A stretch of DNA of 63,146 nt, counting the filler, from Octopus bimaculoides (taxonomy: Eukaryota): assembly GCF_001194135.2 (NCBI RefSeq). It is 6 parts of 5 records of this genome, joined end to end, with 100 filler letters (N's around TTAATTAATTAA, not from the genome) between each part and the next. Parts side by side here need not be neighbours in the genome. Positions count along the whole stretch, not along the records: positions 25,113 to 42,877 come from NC_068997.1; positions 42,978 to 49,194 come from NC_068997.1; positions 49,295 to 56,177 come from NC_068981.1; 3 more parts are not named here. One strand, written 5' to 3'. The notes below the pieces were generated by a model that saw nothing but the letters and a program-made list of their open reading frames with translations, had not been told where the DNA came from and ran no database searches. The position numbers and the translations under genes were made by a program. Each line of letters begins with the position of its first letter. Position 1 is the stretch's first letter. Below are positions 41,380 to 55,270 of this stretch, one piece after another.

Positions 41380-42000
41380 AAGCAGTCGGAATGTATAATG
41401 AAACAAGCATAATGTTAGATAGATGTTATGCCTAGTAAAGCAGTGTAATGTTTGATAGAATAAGCATAGTGTGTGATAAAACGGCCATAGTATATGATGG
41501 TTCCATCGTTTTCTCTTAAAAAACAGCCAGTTTGTACAATGAAACAACTATAATGTGTAATAAAATGGACATAATGCTTGATAAAGCAGTGTACAGTTTG
41601 ATAAAACCGGCATAATGCATGATAAAATAGTCATATTGTTTGATAAAGCAAACGTAATGCATGATAAACAATAATAATAATGCATTCTGGAGCAATAATG
41701 TGTGATTAAACAGCTGGGATATGTGTAACAAACAAAGGTGATGTAGGATAAAACTATTTAATGTGATGAAAATGTGATAATGTGTTATAAGACAGATGCA
41801 ACGTATGAAGAAATAAATGTAATGTGTGACAAAAAGAGCCATTATGTTTAATAAAATTGCAGTAATGAATGATAAACGGTTATAATGTGTGATAGTATAA
41901 TAATGCTTGATAAAACGGTCTTAGTGTGTGATAAATTATAATGTCTGATAAAACAGTCGTAGTGTGCTGTAAATTATAATGTTTGATAAAGCGGGTGTAG
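41380..42000. repeat. Degenerate AT-rich minisatellite, ~21-25 bp units
   Basis: Recurrent taatgtgtgataaaac variants. Confidence 0.65.
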
Positions 42001-42977
42001 TATGTGATCCTTATGGAAAACTGACAGTGAAAAAAATACTGAATTTAGATATATTTCTATTCCAAATATCTGTATATTATTTTATTCTTTTTCTCATTTT
42101 GGTTATGGTATCAATAGAATCTTGAAGCTGACGTGACAAAACATGCAATAGTGTCCATGCAAAATGACAACAAAATTTTCATCAATAATACCAGTGCAAT
42201 CCCATTTTTCATATAAATTAATTTTAAAATATTTTTAAATGTTTATTTCTTCTTATTGATTATGGTTAAACCATTTTCTTCTTTTTTAAATATATTTACA
42301 ATATATTTAATGGCAGATTAAGAAATAATTTTTGATTTCGTTGAATTAAAATTCAAAGTTACCTGGAAATTATATGGTTGATAACTAAATGATACTAATT
42401 ATAGTAGATCGCTATAGGCTAAATTACATCAAGTTGCAAGAAACCTAGTCTGTACTCTCTTGTTTAATTGTTGATTTGTTGTGGGACTAATAGCACCGTC
42501 CGAGCATGATCATTGCCAGAGCAGCTGTCTGCTTCCGGGCCAGTGGCACATAAAAAGCACCATTTGAGCGTGATCATTACCAGCGTCGCCTTTCTGGCAC
42601 TTGTGCCAGTGGCATGTTAGAAAACATTCAAGGGAGGTTGTTGCCAGTGCCACTGGACTGGCTCCTGTACAGGTGGCATGTAAAAAACACCATTTTGAGC
42701 GTGGCCGTTGCCAGTACCACCTGACTGGCCTTCGTGCAGGTGGCATGTAAAAGCACCCACCACACTCTCAGAGTGGTTGGCATTAGGTAGGGCATCCAGC
42801 TGTAGAAACTCTGCCAGATCAGATTGGAGTCTGGTGCAGCCATCTGGTTCGCCAGTCCTCAGTCAAATCGTCCAACCNNNNNNNNNNNNNNNNNNNNNNN
42901 NNNNNNNNNNNNNNNNNNNNNTTAATTAATTAANNNNNNNNNNNNNNNNNNNNNNNNNNNNNNNNNNNNNNNNNNNN

Positions 42978-43017
<40 letters not shown>

Positions 43018-43619
43018 CACTCATGTATCCACACGCATAGCGAGCAAGATGGATAGATAGATAGATTGGTAAGTTTGTATTAATGTATATGTTCGAGTAT
43101 GTATATAAGATTTATATTGAGACAGGTGTACGTTTAATGTGTATTGTTACGAAGCTAAGTTTGTAACGGTGTAGTTACAAAGTCGATCTCACTACAAAAC
43201 ACCTTGAAAAACTTATTTCGATCAAAAAACTGCAACGATTTAGGTACATAGAAAATGGCAATTTATACCTTCGACATCACCCTTAGATTATATATTTCAT
43301 CTTTTATTTTTCCAGTGGCATGTTTGAGTGGTAAGAAGCTTGCTTCCCAACCACATGCTTCCAGGTTCAGTCCCACTACGCAGTACATTGGGCAAATTTC
43401 TTCTACTATGACATATACACACCAACACACACACACACACACACACACACACTCATATATATATATATATACATATATACGAGGGGCTTCTTTCAGTTTC
43501 CGTCTACCAAATCCACTCACAAGACTTTGGTCGGCCCGAGGCTATAGTAGAAGACACTTGCCCAAGATGCCACGTAGTGGGACTGAACACGGAACCATGT
43601 GGTTGGTAAGCAAGCTATT

Positions 43620-44278
43620 GGATCTATTTTAAAACGGGGGCGCCAGTTTTCATTTATGTTTTATGTAGTGTTTTTGGTACGGAAAGACTTTCAAACTTCG
43701 TNNNNNNNNNNNNNNNNNNNNNNNNNNNNNNNNNNNNNNNNNNNNNNNNNNNNNNNNNNNNNNNNNNNNNNNNNNNNNNNNNNNNNNNNNNNNNNNNNNN
43801 NNNNNNNNNNNNNNNNNNNNNNNNNNNNNNNNNNNNNNNNNNNNNNNNNNNNNNNNNNNNNNNNNNNNNNNNNNNNNNNNNNNNNNNNNNNNNNNNNNNN
43901 NNNNNNNNNNNNNNNNNNNNNNNNNNNNNNNNNNNNNNNNNNNNNNNNNACACATAGATACGTACAGCGTAATTTATTATATAAACAATATATGCGTATA
44001 AATTACGATTAAACCGGGTGAAATATGTTACAGGGAATAACATTTTTATGACCGCCCAGCAGTAACTCTATTGAGCTGAATAGACGTCAGTGATTGGTTG
44101 AAATTACAGAAATACGACAACTTTAACATGGAATAACTTGCGAATTCCTTTTTTTGTTAAGAGACACTAAGATTAAAATATGTTTTATATGACACATTCT
44201 ACCAGTGTCCCAAGTTTCAAAGTGTTTCGTTAGTGTTTCGTTAAGAAAATACTGGCGCCCCCGTTTTAAAATAGATTC
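43620..44278. mobile_element. Non-autonomous DNA transposon with 28-bp TIRs and 8-bp TSD, inserted in a SINE
   Basis: TIR GGATCTATTTTAAAACGGGGGCGCCAGT matches 27/28. AAGCTATT at 43612-43619 and 44279-44286. The interior is partly N. Confidence 0.85.
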
Positions 44279-47200
44279 AAGCTATTTACCACACAGCCAC
44301 TCCTACGCCTAGTGTATGTCTAAATTTTGTAACTGAAAAGAAAAGCGTAAAAACTGGCGTTATCTTCTCATGTTACACAGGAGCAGTAAGTTTACTGCAC
44401 CAGGAATAAAACAAATACAAGTTCAAATATGCAATGAAAGAAATATAATGCCCTGTTGTTTATTAATATATCTCTATATAATAAAAGTCGATGTAAATGT
44501 TGATTGGTTGGTTGATTGGTTGGCTGGATGGTTTCTCAGTCCCACTTTGGATCGTATAGAAAGAGAGAAGGGAGAGAGAGAGAGCAATAAAAGTAATATA
44601 AAAGGTGTCTGATGAGTGCACATATTAGGCTTGATGGTAGTCACTGAGTAAAGGATTGCTACACTCACACACAATGTGAAAAAAAGAATGAAACTTAGAG
44701 AAGGAAGGGGAAAAGGAGTGACTGACAATGTAGTTATGAGATGTGTGATGCAAACAATTGATTATTTTAATTTCAGTTTATTTTAAGGTAAAATATTATT
44801 TTCTCTTGAAAATTATTATTCACTTCACCGGTATCAATAAGCAACAGGAACTTGGGATAGATATTAAATATCATGTATTATATATATGCCACATTTCCTG
44901 ATATTAACCATAATGGCAAAGGTATAATTCCAAAGTTATCAATCATATGACGAATGACATTCTAGTTTTCTTGATTTCGTTTTTCTGGCAACAAGGGAGG
45001 CAACTTTAAACATGTTAAAGCCTTATTCTGGCCTTCTCAGCGTAAATTTTAGCGTTGATGTATCTTGCCACATAAGCCAAACAGCTCGAATATTCGTCGT
45101 CGTATCAGACATGGTATTTATCTTAGAGAGAGGAAAATATTTAGTTAATTATCCTATATTAAATGAAATTATTAAGAGTTTAATTGTATTAAAGCATATC
45201 TCTAAAGACTGTGGATTAAAGACCCGAGTACAGTAGACACAGAGTCACCAGTATATTTTCAGATATTGGAATAAATAAGCATAGCAATGTACTTTTGAAG
45301 GCCTCAAGTATATTATTTATGGAAAGAATTAACGACCCAAAACTTTGGGGAGATTCTGGCGCTTCGGGAATTTGGTAATTAAAATTTGAAATAGATGTAT
45401 AGTGAATACATACGGACACACAGGGATATGCATGCATACATGTAATACATGCATGTATTTGTGTATGCCTCTGTGTGTGTGTATTTGTGTGTGTATGTGT
45501 GTGTGTGTGCGTGTGCGTGTGCGTGTGCGTGTGCGTGTGTGTGTGTGATTTGTTGTTTAGCTCAATGTCAGCCCTAAATAAACCGTTCAGATATCAGAGA
45601 TATCCTCGACGTTCGTTTTCTAAGCATAGCATATTCTCTTGACTACATTATTCAACGAATCCTTTCTCTTTTGTTTCTTCTTCCTTTCTTTCTTCCTTTT
45701 TTTTTATTATGATGGCAGGGTGAGATTTGGGAGAAATACGACAGCTATATCTGGAAGACTGAGTGACTAATATCCTTGAGATATGTAATGAATTGTCAAT
45801 GCAGTCTGTTCACTTCCTAGCTACCTTCCCTTGCCTGCATTTCAGTAATAATAATAATCCTTTCTATTATAGGCACAAGGCCTGAAATTTTGGGGGAGAG
45901 AACTAGTCGATTACATCAACCCCAGTGTTTCACTGGTACTTAATATATCGACCCCGAAAGGATAAAAGGCAAAGTCGACCTCGGCGGAATTTGAACTCAG
46001 AAAATAGCGGCAGACAAAATACCGCCAAGCATAATTCCTAATTGTTATATAGTTTAGGCAATATATTTACCACACAGTCACTCATATATATATATGTATA
46101 TATANNNNNNNNNNNNNNNNNNNNNNNNNNNNNNNNNNNNNNNNNNNNNNNNNNNNNNNNNNNNNNNNNNNNNNNNNNNNNNNNNNNNNNNNNNNNNNNN
46201 NNNNNNNNNNNNNNNNNNNNNNNNNNNNNNNNNNNNNNNNNNNNNNNNNNNNNNNNNNNNNNNNNNNNNNNNNNNNNNNNNNNNNNNNNNNNNNNNNNNN
46301 NNNNNNNNNNNNNNNNNNNNNNNNNNNNNNNNNNNNNNNNNNNNNNNNNNNNNNNNNNNNNNNNNNNNNNNNNNNNNNNNNNNNNNNNNNNNNNNNNNNN
46401 NNNNNNNNNNNNNNNNNNNNNNNNNNNNNNNNNNNNNNNNNNNNNNNNNNNNNNNNNNNNNNNNNNNNNNNNNNNNNNNNNNNNNNNNNNNNNNNNNNNN
46501 NNNNNNNNNNNNNNNNNNNNNNNNNNNNNNNNNNNNNNNNNNNAGTGTTTCACTGGTACTTAATATATCGACCCCGAAAGGATAAAAGGCAAAGTCGACC
46601 TCGGCGGAATTTGAACTCAGAAAATAGCGGCAGACAAAATACCGCCAAGCATAATTCCTAATTGTTATATAGTTTAGGCAATATATTTACCACACAGTCA
46701 CTCATATATATATATGTACATGTTTATATACATGTATAACTATGTATGTATGATATGTATATGTGTGTATGAATGAATGTATATCATGAAAACAAGACGT
46801 CAATGACACAAGAACAATAATATAAAAAATAGTTACATCTATGAACGAAACAGCAAAATAAGAGGAAATAATAATAATAAAATGACAAAAACTATAAAAC
46901 AAACCTCTCAGCTAACATCAAAACACAATATGACACTTTTAAACATGGTTCTTTTTTTGTTCTTTGTTTTTTTATTTCCCATATATATACGGCCATGTTT
47001 AGAAAGTCATTTGGAATATTTATGGTCATTACGACACCAAACACACTACATAGAACACGACTTAGTACTATCTTTCTATAGTCAATTCATAATGTTGCTG
47101 GTGGTGAAAAATGGTTTATCTGTGTTGCTAAATGACTATATGGCATGTTTATAACCTCCCCTACTTTCTCCCCATTCGTTCTCTCTCATTCATGTTTTTT

Positions 47201-47622
47201 TTTTGCGTTTTCTTCTATTCTTTCTTTGCTGTCTTTTTTTTTTTTTTGAAATATTCGTCGCCATGTTTAACAGTTGTAAAAACATTTATACACTTGTAGT
47301 GTACATATTTCCAAACCACCATATAAATATTTTTCAGTTATTTTTTAAGTCGAAGCGGGAAGGGTAGAGGAAACTTTGTCCGTTTTATTATCATACCCAC
47401 CCCACACATATTATGTGCGTATATGTTATGTATACATACATACATACATACATACATATGTATGCATATACACACACACATAATAAAAGAAGTAATAGAC
47501 AGCGTGTTATTATGCATTATAGGTTGTGGTGGATATAACTTTCGTTCATTTTATTACGATACATATGTGTGTAGGTGTCTAAGAGTCCGTATATGTACAT
47601 ATATATATATGTTTGCATGTAT

Positions 47623-47669
<47 letters not shown>

Positions 47670-48025
47670 NNNNNNNNNNNNNNNNNNNNNNNNNNNNNNN
47701 NNNNNNNNNNNNNNNNNNNNNNNNNNNNNNNNNNNNNNNNNNNNNNNNNNNNNNNNNNNNNNNNNNNNNNNNNNNNNNNNNNNNNNNNNNNNNNNNNNNN
47801 NNNNNNNNNNNNNNNNNNNNNNNNNNNNNNNNNNNNNNNNNNNNNNNNNNNNNNNNNNNNNNNNNNNNNNNNNNNNNNNNNNNNNNNNNNNNNNNNNNNN
47901 NNNNNNNNNNNNNNNNNNNNNNNNNNNNNNNNNNNNNNNNNNNNNNNNNNNNNNNNNNNNNNNNNNNNNNNNNNNNNNNNNNNNNNNNNNNNNNNNNNNN
48001 NNNNNNNNNNNNACACACATAGACA

Positions 48026-48257
48026 CAGCGGCGAGCTGGCAGAAACGTTAGCACGCCGGGCGAAATGCTTAGCGGTATTTCGTCTGCCGCTACGTTCTGA
48101 GTTAAAATTCCGCCGAGGTCGACTTTGCCTTTCATCCTTTCGAGGTCGATTAAATAAGTACCAGTTACGAACTGGGGTCGATATAATCGACTTAATCCGT
48201 TTGTCTGTCCTTGTTTGTCTCCTCTGTGTGTAGCCCCTTGTGGGTAGTAAAGAAATA
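48026..48257 (+). mobile_element. tRNA-derived SINE with Deu/Nin-like core, family B
   Basis: Core gcctttcatcctttcgaggtcgattaaataagtaccag. Further copies at ~2001-2215, 9430-9570, 45845-46030 and 52140-52355. Confidence 0.78.
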
Positions 48258-48271
48258 ACACACAGACATAG

Positions 48272-48303
<32 letters not shown>

Positions 48304-49138
48304 AGTGGGGTGCAACAGTAAGTATAACATGAATGGTATAATACTTAATTCATTAAAATTAATAGCACATTAAATTAGTTAGCCTCCTTCTTGATATTTT
48401 CAGTATCATTAATCATGATAATACATTAATCATAAGTATTTCTATCGTAACTTTTAATTTTGGGGATAAAATTAAATGAGTGTTGTACGTGTTTTCTTTC
48501 TACATAACTGTATACCTACTTTGGCACCACCCTACATAAACATATATATGTATGCATGTATCTATCATATGATAGAATTTCTCGAATGATCCGGTAAAGA
48601 GCATAATTTGAAACTCGATAGATTTGTTTTATCATCGTCAATGTAAAACATTAATTTAATTATAATCATTAATGAATTAAAAGGAAGTATAATTATTTCA
48701 ATTTTATGTTATGGGAACATATAACGATTACTCATTAGTCAACTAAACCACGTTCTATAAGTCTCTTTCCAGCTCGGAGAAGCAATGTAATTTAATTCGC
48801 AAATGAAAATCCTCTGCAAAACATATTTTGGGATCTTATGTCTCTGTATTTCCTATGTGTTATATGCTGATGCAATGTGTGGCCTTTGTATGGCCCTTGA
48901 GTCCAGAGAAAGATTTGCCTGGCAGAAGGAACAAGTGCCACAGTATGAATTCTTTTCACATGCCTTTGGAATCCTCCAACTGAGAGGCACACCTCACCAC
49001 AGGTAGCACATGTTCTGTTGTGAACAATAGCCATATCACAATTTACAATGGATCGATTCTTGTGAGTTCTCTCATAGCTAACTAAGCCCGCACGACTCAA
49101 GTACATCCTTCCACAAATCACACACATACTCTCTCTCA

Positions 49139-49194
<56 letters not shown>

Positions 49195-49689
49195 NNNNNN
49201 NNNNNNNNNNNNNNNNNNNNNNNNNNNNNNNNNNNNNNTTAATTAATTAANNNNNNNNNNNNNNNNNNNNNNNNNNNNNNNNNNNNNNNNNNNNAGAAAA
49301 GGTAAGACAACAAAAGAAAGAAAGAGACCTCGATATTATGTAAATAGAGGACCAAGTGTAAGCCCTACACCAACGGCAGCGGAAAGTGCGGTCTTTGTGA
49401 TATGGAAAGATGACTCACCTGTAAAAGCAGTTTAGACCTCACCACATGTCTAAATTCAAGAACTGAACTTTTCGGATCATGTCCACATGTGGCTAAATAT
49501 TTGTTACGTTTTTGGTTCCCCCGAAACTATAGGCTTGCTTTCTATATTGTGTCCACGTACAAGCTTTTTATCTCTATACTTTTTACTTATATTTCCTATA
49601 TATTTTTTATATTTTTTTACATATTTATAGAGATATTGTTTGATAGGTTTATTGCTCATATATTTTTTACACATAATTTTTCTGTATTC

Positions 49690-50293
49690 TACCTTCCACC
49701 CTGAGAGAGATGTTATACCTCACTTTTTTGCACAGGGCTTAAGAGTTAATGCTACTTTCTACACAGAAGTGTTGGAGAAAGTCGTGTGGCCTTGGATAGA
49801 CAAAGTACATAATGGAAGACCGTATGTCTTTCAACAAGACTCTGCACCATCTCATAAGGCCAGGACAGTCTAAGCGTGGGTGTGTGCTAGTCTCCAGGAT
49901 CATGTTCTCCCAAACGCATGACTTCCTAGGTCACCAGACATCAATCCACTGGACTATTATGTATGGGGCGTAGTCGAGAGAGGGGGAGAGTTCAATCAAC
50001 ACCCTATAACATCACACAATCTCTCAAGTCCGCCATAACCAGCACTATATCCTATATCCAAAATTGATACAGATCATCTGATTCGGGCATGCCAATGCTT
50101 CCGACACCGAAATGAAGCAGCATTGATGCTAACGGGGGGTTTCATTGAATATATGTGACAAAGGGATTCATAAGATTATATGTACCAGTTCGTTTTCAAA
50201 TACAGCCTTTATTTTGATGAGCTATGAGTATCTTCTTAAATCCATTCAAATGAGTTAATCCCCCCTCTCTCCGCCGCAAATTGACGTACCCTG
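49690..50293 (+). mobile_element. Tc1/mariner-superfamily remnant related to 30281-31169
   Basis: YVFQQDSAPSHKA and SPDINPLDYYVWG fragments; right TIR ending gtaccctg. Confidence 0.82.
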
Positions 50294-50980
50294 TGTGTGT
50301 GTATATATATATATATGTATATATATGTACACACACACACACACATATATATAGACTCACACACACTCTCATACATGTGTACATATATACATATATGTAA
50401 GTTTGTATGTGTGTGTACGTGTGAAATTTTTACCCCATCCTTACCGCCACTTATTGATGAGAAGACAGAACAGAGTTTCATCTACTTAGTTCTGTATTTT
50501 TCTTTTTTGCTTATGGTGTTGAACATGTTTAAAAAAACTGGAGGCTATCTTAATTATATCAAACATGGCAATTTGTCAGCCCCTTGTCAATTCTCTCAGA
50601 TCCTTCTGCCAAGAGAAACACTGACCTAGCCTGATCTGTCAACATTACAAATGACGTTTATCTAAATCAGTTAACTCAATACTATCCTTATATACAAATA
50701 ATTCAGGAGTTAAAGTCTCTTCACACCAGTAGCTCTGTTTCGTATCAAGCTCTGTGCTGAGTACGTTTATTTCATTTTCATGGAAGTGTTCTTTGTATGG
50801 ATTCACATTTTGTGGAATAAACGAACGCATAGAAGCGAGAAACAGAGGATAACGACCAAGTGAATCAGCAGGATCGAACGAATGCATACTATTATATGTA
50901 ATGAGTAGTTTACTGTTTATATACTCAGAGACAAAAAGCTAATGAATTTCACTAAACAAGAAAAATAATGATATGATTTA

Positions 50981-52148
50981 GGATGCACCACCCAAAATCT
51001 GTCATAGAAAGGTTATATATACAACATAACGAAGGTGTTAGAGGCCTTATACAGCTAGAAAACTATTACAAAATAACCACCATAGGACTACAGGAATACC
51101 TACTTCAGAAGCAAAGAAATCTAATACAAATAGCCACAAAACACGGAAGTAGACAAATACAAAAAAGAAGTCATAGTACCTAACAACTATGGAGAAAAAG
51201 AAGAAACAACAAAAGCTGTAAAACAACTAAAAGCCTAACTAAAACTGGAACAGCAACAGATTATGATAAAACGATGGCATGAAAATCCCCTTCGTAGCAA
51301 ATACTGGGTTAAACTAAACAGCAAAGAAATAGACAAAGCAAAATCCCAACAATGGCTGAGAAGCTCAGGACTCAAAGTAGAGACTGAAGGATTTTTAATT
51401 GCAGAAAAGACCAAAGCCTCCTCACCAGAAATTACCAAAAACATAATGAAAAGAAATACAAGTACTCTGCAGATGTTTTTGGTATTGGAGAAGAAACAAT
51501 AAATCATATTGTCTCTGGCTGACCAGAAGGAATATATTCACAGACACGACAGAGTTGGCACCTATATACACTGGAAGTTATGCCAACACTATGGAATAAC
51601 AACAGAAAAAAGATGGTATAGGCACACACCAGAAAAGGTCATAGAAAATGAGAAAGCAACCGTACTATGAGATATGCTAATACACACAGATAGAGAAATT
51701 AAGGCTAATAGGACGGATATAGTTGTCAGAGATCGCCAAGAAATGAAATGCTTTCTAATTGATGTATCAATACCAACAGATGACAACTTTTCTCTAAAAG
51801 AAATGGAGAAACTTTCAAAATACAAAGACCTGGAAATAGAGGTAACTCGAATGTGGAGTCTAAAAACAGAAATATTTCTATCACAGTAGGCGCGTTAGGT
51901 ATGATAAAAAAAATATTCAGACAAATATATAACAAAAACACCAGGACTAACAAGTATATATAACATACAGAAAATAGCACTACTAGGCATCGCACACATC
52001 CTATGTAAAACACTTTCAATACAGTAAAAATAAGAGTATCACAACAAACCACAACACATACCCAAGGCACACAGAGCTGCGCTCGATATAGCAGTGAAAG
52101 CACGTGATGAAAATAAGACTATTGAATAACAATAACAATGATAATAAT
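50981..52148 (+). mobile_element. R4/Dong-like non-LTR retrotransposon, 5-prime truncated (REL endonuclease clade)
   Basis: ERLY...GRGL-like motif, ETEGFLIA, degenerate CCHC (EETINHIVSG), RHDRV..YIHW, R.DIVV...LIDVS (PD-D/ExK), KYKDLEIE. Ends in aataac/aat repeats. Confidence 0.85.
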
Positions 52149-52360
52149 AATCCTTTCTACTATAGGCACAAGGCCTGAAATTCTGAGGTGGGGGAGAGAG
52201 ATAGTCGATTACATCGACCCTAGTACTCAACTGGTACTTAATTTAGAGACCCCGAAAGGATAAAAGGTAAAGTCGACCTCGACGGAATTTGAACTCAGAA
52301 CATAAAGACAGACGAAATGCCATTGAACATTTTGCTCGGTATGCTAACGTTTCTGCCAGT

Positions 52361-52660
52361 CTACGACAGAGCTGGGACCTATATACACTGGAAGCTATGC
52401 CAACATTATGGAATAACAACAGAAAAAAGATGGTATAAACACACGCCAGAAAAGGTCACAGAAAACGAGAAAGCAACCATACTCTGGGATATGCCAATAC
52501 ACACAGATAGAGAAATTAAGGCAAATAGACCAGATATAGTTGTCAAAGATCATGAAGAAAAAAAATGCTTTCTAATTGATGTATCAATACCAGCAGATGA
52601 CAACGTTTCTCTAAAAGAAATGGAAAAACTTTCAAAATACAAAGACCTGGAAATAGAGAT
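52361..52660 (+). mobile_element. Second R4/Dong-like fragment, open frame running into a gap
   Basis: YIHWKLCQHYG...RPDIVVKD...FLIDVSIPADDNVSLKEMEKLSKYKDLEIE. Confidence 0.85.
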
Positions 52661-54849
52661 NNNNNNNNNNNNNNNNNNNNNNNNNNNNNNNNNNNNNNNN
52701 NNNNNNNNNNNNNNNNNNNNNNNNNNNNNNNNNNNNNNNNNNNNNNNNNNNNNNNNNNNNNNNNNNNNNNNNNNNNNNNNNNNNNNNNNNNNNNNNNNNN
52801 NNNNNNNNNNNNNNNNNNNNNNNNNNNNNNNNNNNNNNNNNNNNNNNNNNNNNNNNNNNNNNNNNNNNNNNNNNNNNNNNNNNNNNNNNNNNNNNNNNNN
52901 NNNNNNNNNNNNNNNNNNNNNNNNNNNNNNNNNNNNNNNNNNNNNNNNNNNNNNNNNNNNNNNNNNNNNNNNNNNNNNNNNNNNNNNNNNNNNNNNNNNN
53001 NNNNNNNNNNNNNNNNNNNNNNNNNNNNNNNNNNNNNNNNNNNNNNNNNNNNNNNNNNNNNNNNNNNNNNNNNNNNNNNNNNNNNNNNNNNNNNNNNNNN
53101 NNNNNNNNNNNNNNNNNNNNNNNNNNNNNNNNNNNNNNNNNNNNNNNNNNNNNNNNNNNNNNNNNNNNNNNNNNNNNNNNNNNNNNNNNNNNNNNNNNNN
53201 NNNNNNNNNNNNNNNNNNNNNNNNNNNNNNNNNNNNNNNNNNNNNNNNNNNNNNNNNNNNNNNNNNNNNNNNNNNNNNNNNNNNNNNNNNNNNNNNNNNN
53301 NNNNNNNNNNNNNNNNNNNNNNNNNNNNNNNNNNNNNNNNNNNNNNNNNNNNNNNNNNNNNNNNNNNNNNNNNNNNNNNNNNNNNNNNNNNNNNNNNNNN
53401 NNNNNNNNNNNNNNNNNNNNNNNNNNNNNNNNNNNNNNNNNNNNNNNNNNNNNNNNNNNNNNNNNNNNNNNNNNNNNNNNNNNNNNNNNNNNNNNNNNNN
53501 NNNNNNNNNNNNNNNNNNNNNNNNNACACACACACACACACACACACAACACACACACACACAACACACACACAGAGACACAAACATATAATCGTATTTT
53601 GTATAGAGGAGATTCAATTAAAACTAAATACTGTATCAAACTAGGAGGTCCGTGCTGCTTTACATGCTCGAAGGAACACAACTCTACTCTAAATATGCAA
53701 AGAACGTAGGCATTTAGTCTGTCTGTATATATAAGCATACATGTATGAATGACTACATATTTACATATATAAAACAAGACATGCGCGCGCATACACATAC
53801 ACGAGCACACACACACACGTGTGTATGTTTGTGTGTGTGTGTGTTGGGACAATGTAACTCCAAACAAATGACGCTTTCTCTTGTCAAACCCCAATATTTC
53901 CACACCATTATTTATAGCTTTATCTGCTTCGAGTTTGCCGCCCCCTAAAAGAACCATTTCACGTTCTTTCGCATTTTCTAAACTCTTAGGATTTCAATAT
54001 GCATGTGTAATCGATTCAAAATTTAAATTGGATGACAAATAACTGGTATTTAAAACTACCTGTGTATTCCCGTATGCTTGAAGGGAAACAGTGAGTAGAA
54101 CTCGTACCATACTGCACTATCATTTATTGGAATCCGCAGTTGGGTATGTCACAGAGTATGTAAAGAAAACGAAACAAAAATAGGAGAGTTTTTTTTATAA
54201 AATGTTTAATTACAGTATCTTACGCGCGTTTCTTTAAAACTGAATGCTTATTATACAATACAGATTACATAAGCAAATTGCATTGTAAAATCTTCAGAGA
54301 TACGTCGTGATATAATCGCTGCTGGGACGATTTTCATCTCTCTTCATTATGTATGGTGTTTTTACAAACATAGCATGCCCATAAGAGTTGCTAGCTCTGG
54401 ATGAATGTATTTACATTAAGTATAAGACTTGATGGCTATTTTGATACTGCTTCTGTTTTACATAACGGATTTTTATTCAGCTGCGCAGTAATTCGCGATA
54501 CCCAATATATATGTATATATATANNNNNNNNNNNNNNNNNNNNNNNNNNNNNNNNNNNNNNNNNNNNNNNNNNNNNNNNNNNNNNNNNNNNNNNNNNNNN
54601 NNNNNNNNNNNNNNNNNNNNNNNNNNNNNNNNNNNNNNNNNNNNNNNNNNNNNNNNNNNNNNNNNNNNNNNNNNNNNNNNNNTATATATACGATGGGCTT
54701 CTTTCAGATTCCGTCCACCAAATCCATTCAGAAGGCTTATATACTTTTTTTCAGAAGTGAAACACATATAGTAATAAACAAACGATCGGAGACCCCCCAA
54801 CAAAAAAGCGTCAAGTTGAAAAACATATACTAATTGCACAGACAAACGG

Positions 54850-55270
54850 AAAACAAACAGTAGGTCACCAACTCCTCATCAGTTATCGGTCTGGGTGTCA
54901 AACGCAATTTCGTGTCATTATCGATAATATTGCTTCTACTCTGGAGGCAGCCAGCAAGAAAACTTGCTGGGAATGCGACCAAAACATAACATAACAAAAC
55001 GAGACGGACAAACAATGGATGAACAAGAAATACGGAAATGGACATACGAAAATGGATAAAAGTAATTTGAGACGAGAATGTTTGTGGACGGACGAGGGAC
55101 AAAAAATGAAATAAATAAACAGTATATAGCCTTAGGGCCAGACGAAGACAAAAATAATAATATATATACAACAAAAAATAATAATACATGTACAAAGATA
55201 AAATAAAAAGCAGTGGGCTACCAGACAGACAACTGCAGAGTAATACAAGGGAGAAATGAAAAATGTCCTA
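54850..55270. repeat. Dispersed repeat of uncertain class, possibly a Penelope-like terminus; second copy at ~415-760
   Basis: Shared ataatattgcttctactctggag...aaacttgctgggaatg; both give CLQSRSNIIDN on the minus strand. Confidence 0.6.

Noticed and set aside
45263-45374. Plus-strand exon-like segment (ttttcag ... gtaatt, 36 open codons)
   Set aside because: No phase-compatible partner exon or recognisable domain was found; expected by chance in 63 kb.
45983-46720. ~170-bp exact direct repeat on both sides of the gap (about 45925-46100 and 46544-46718)
   Set aside because: Identical sequence flanking a gap is the usual signature of unmerged overlapping contig ends.
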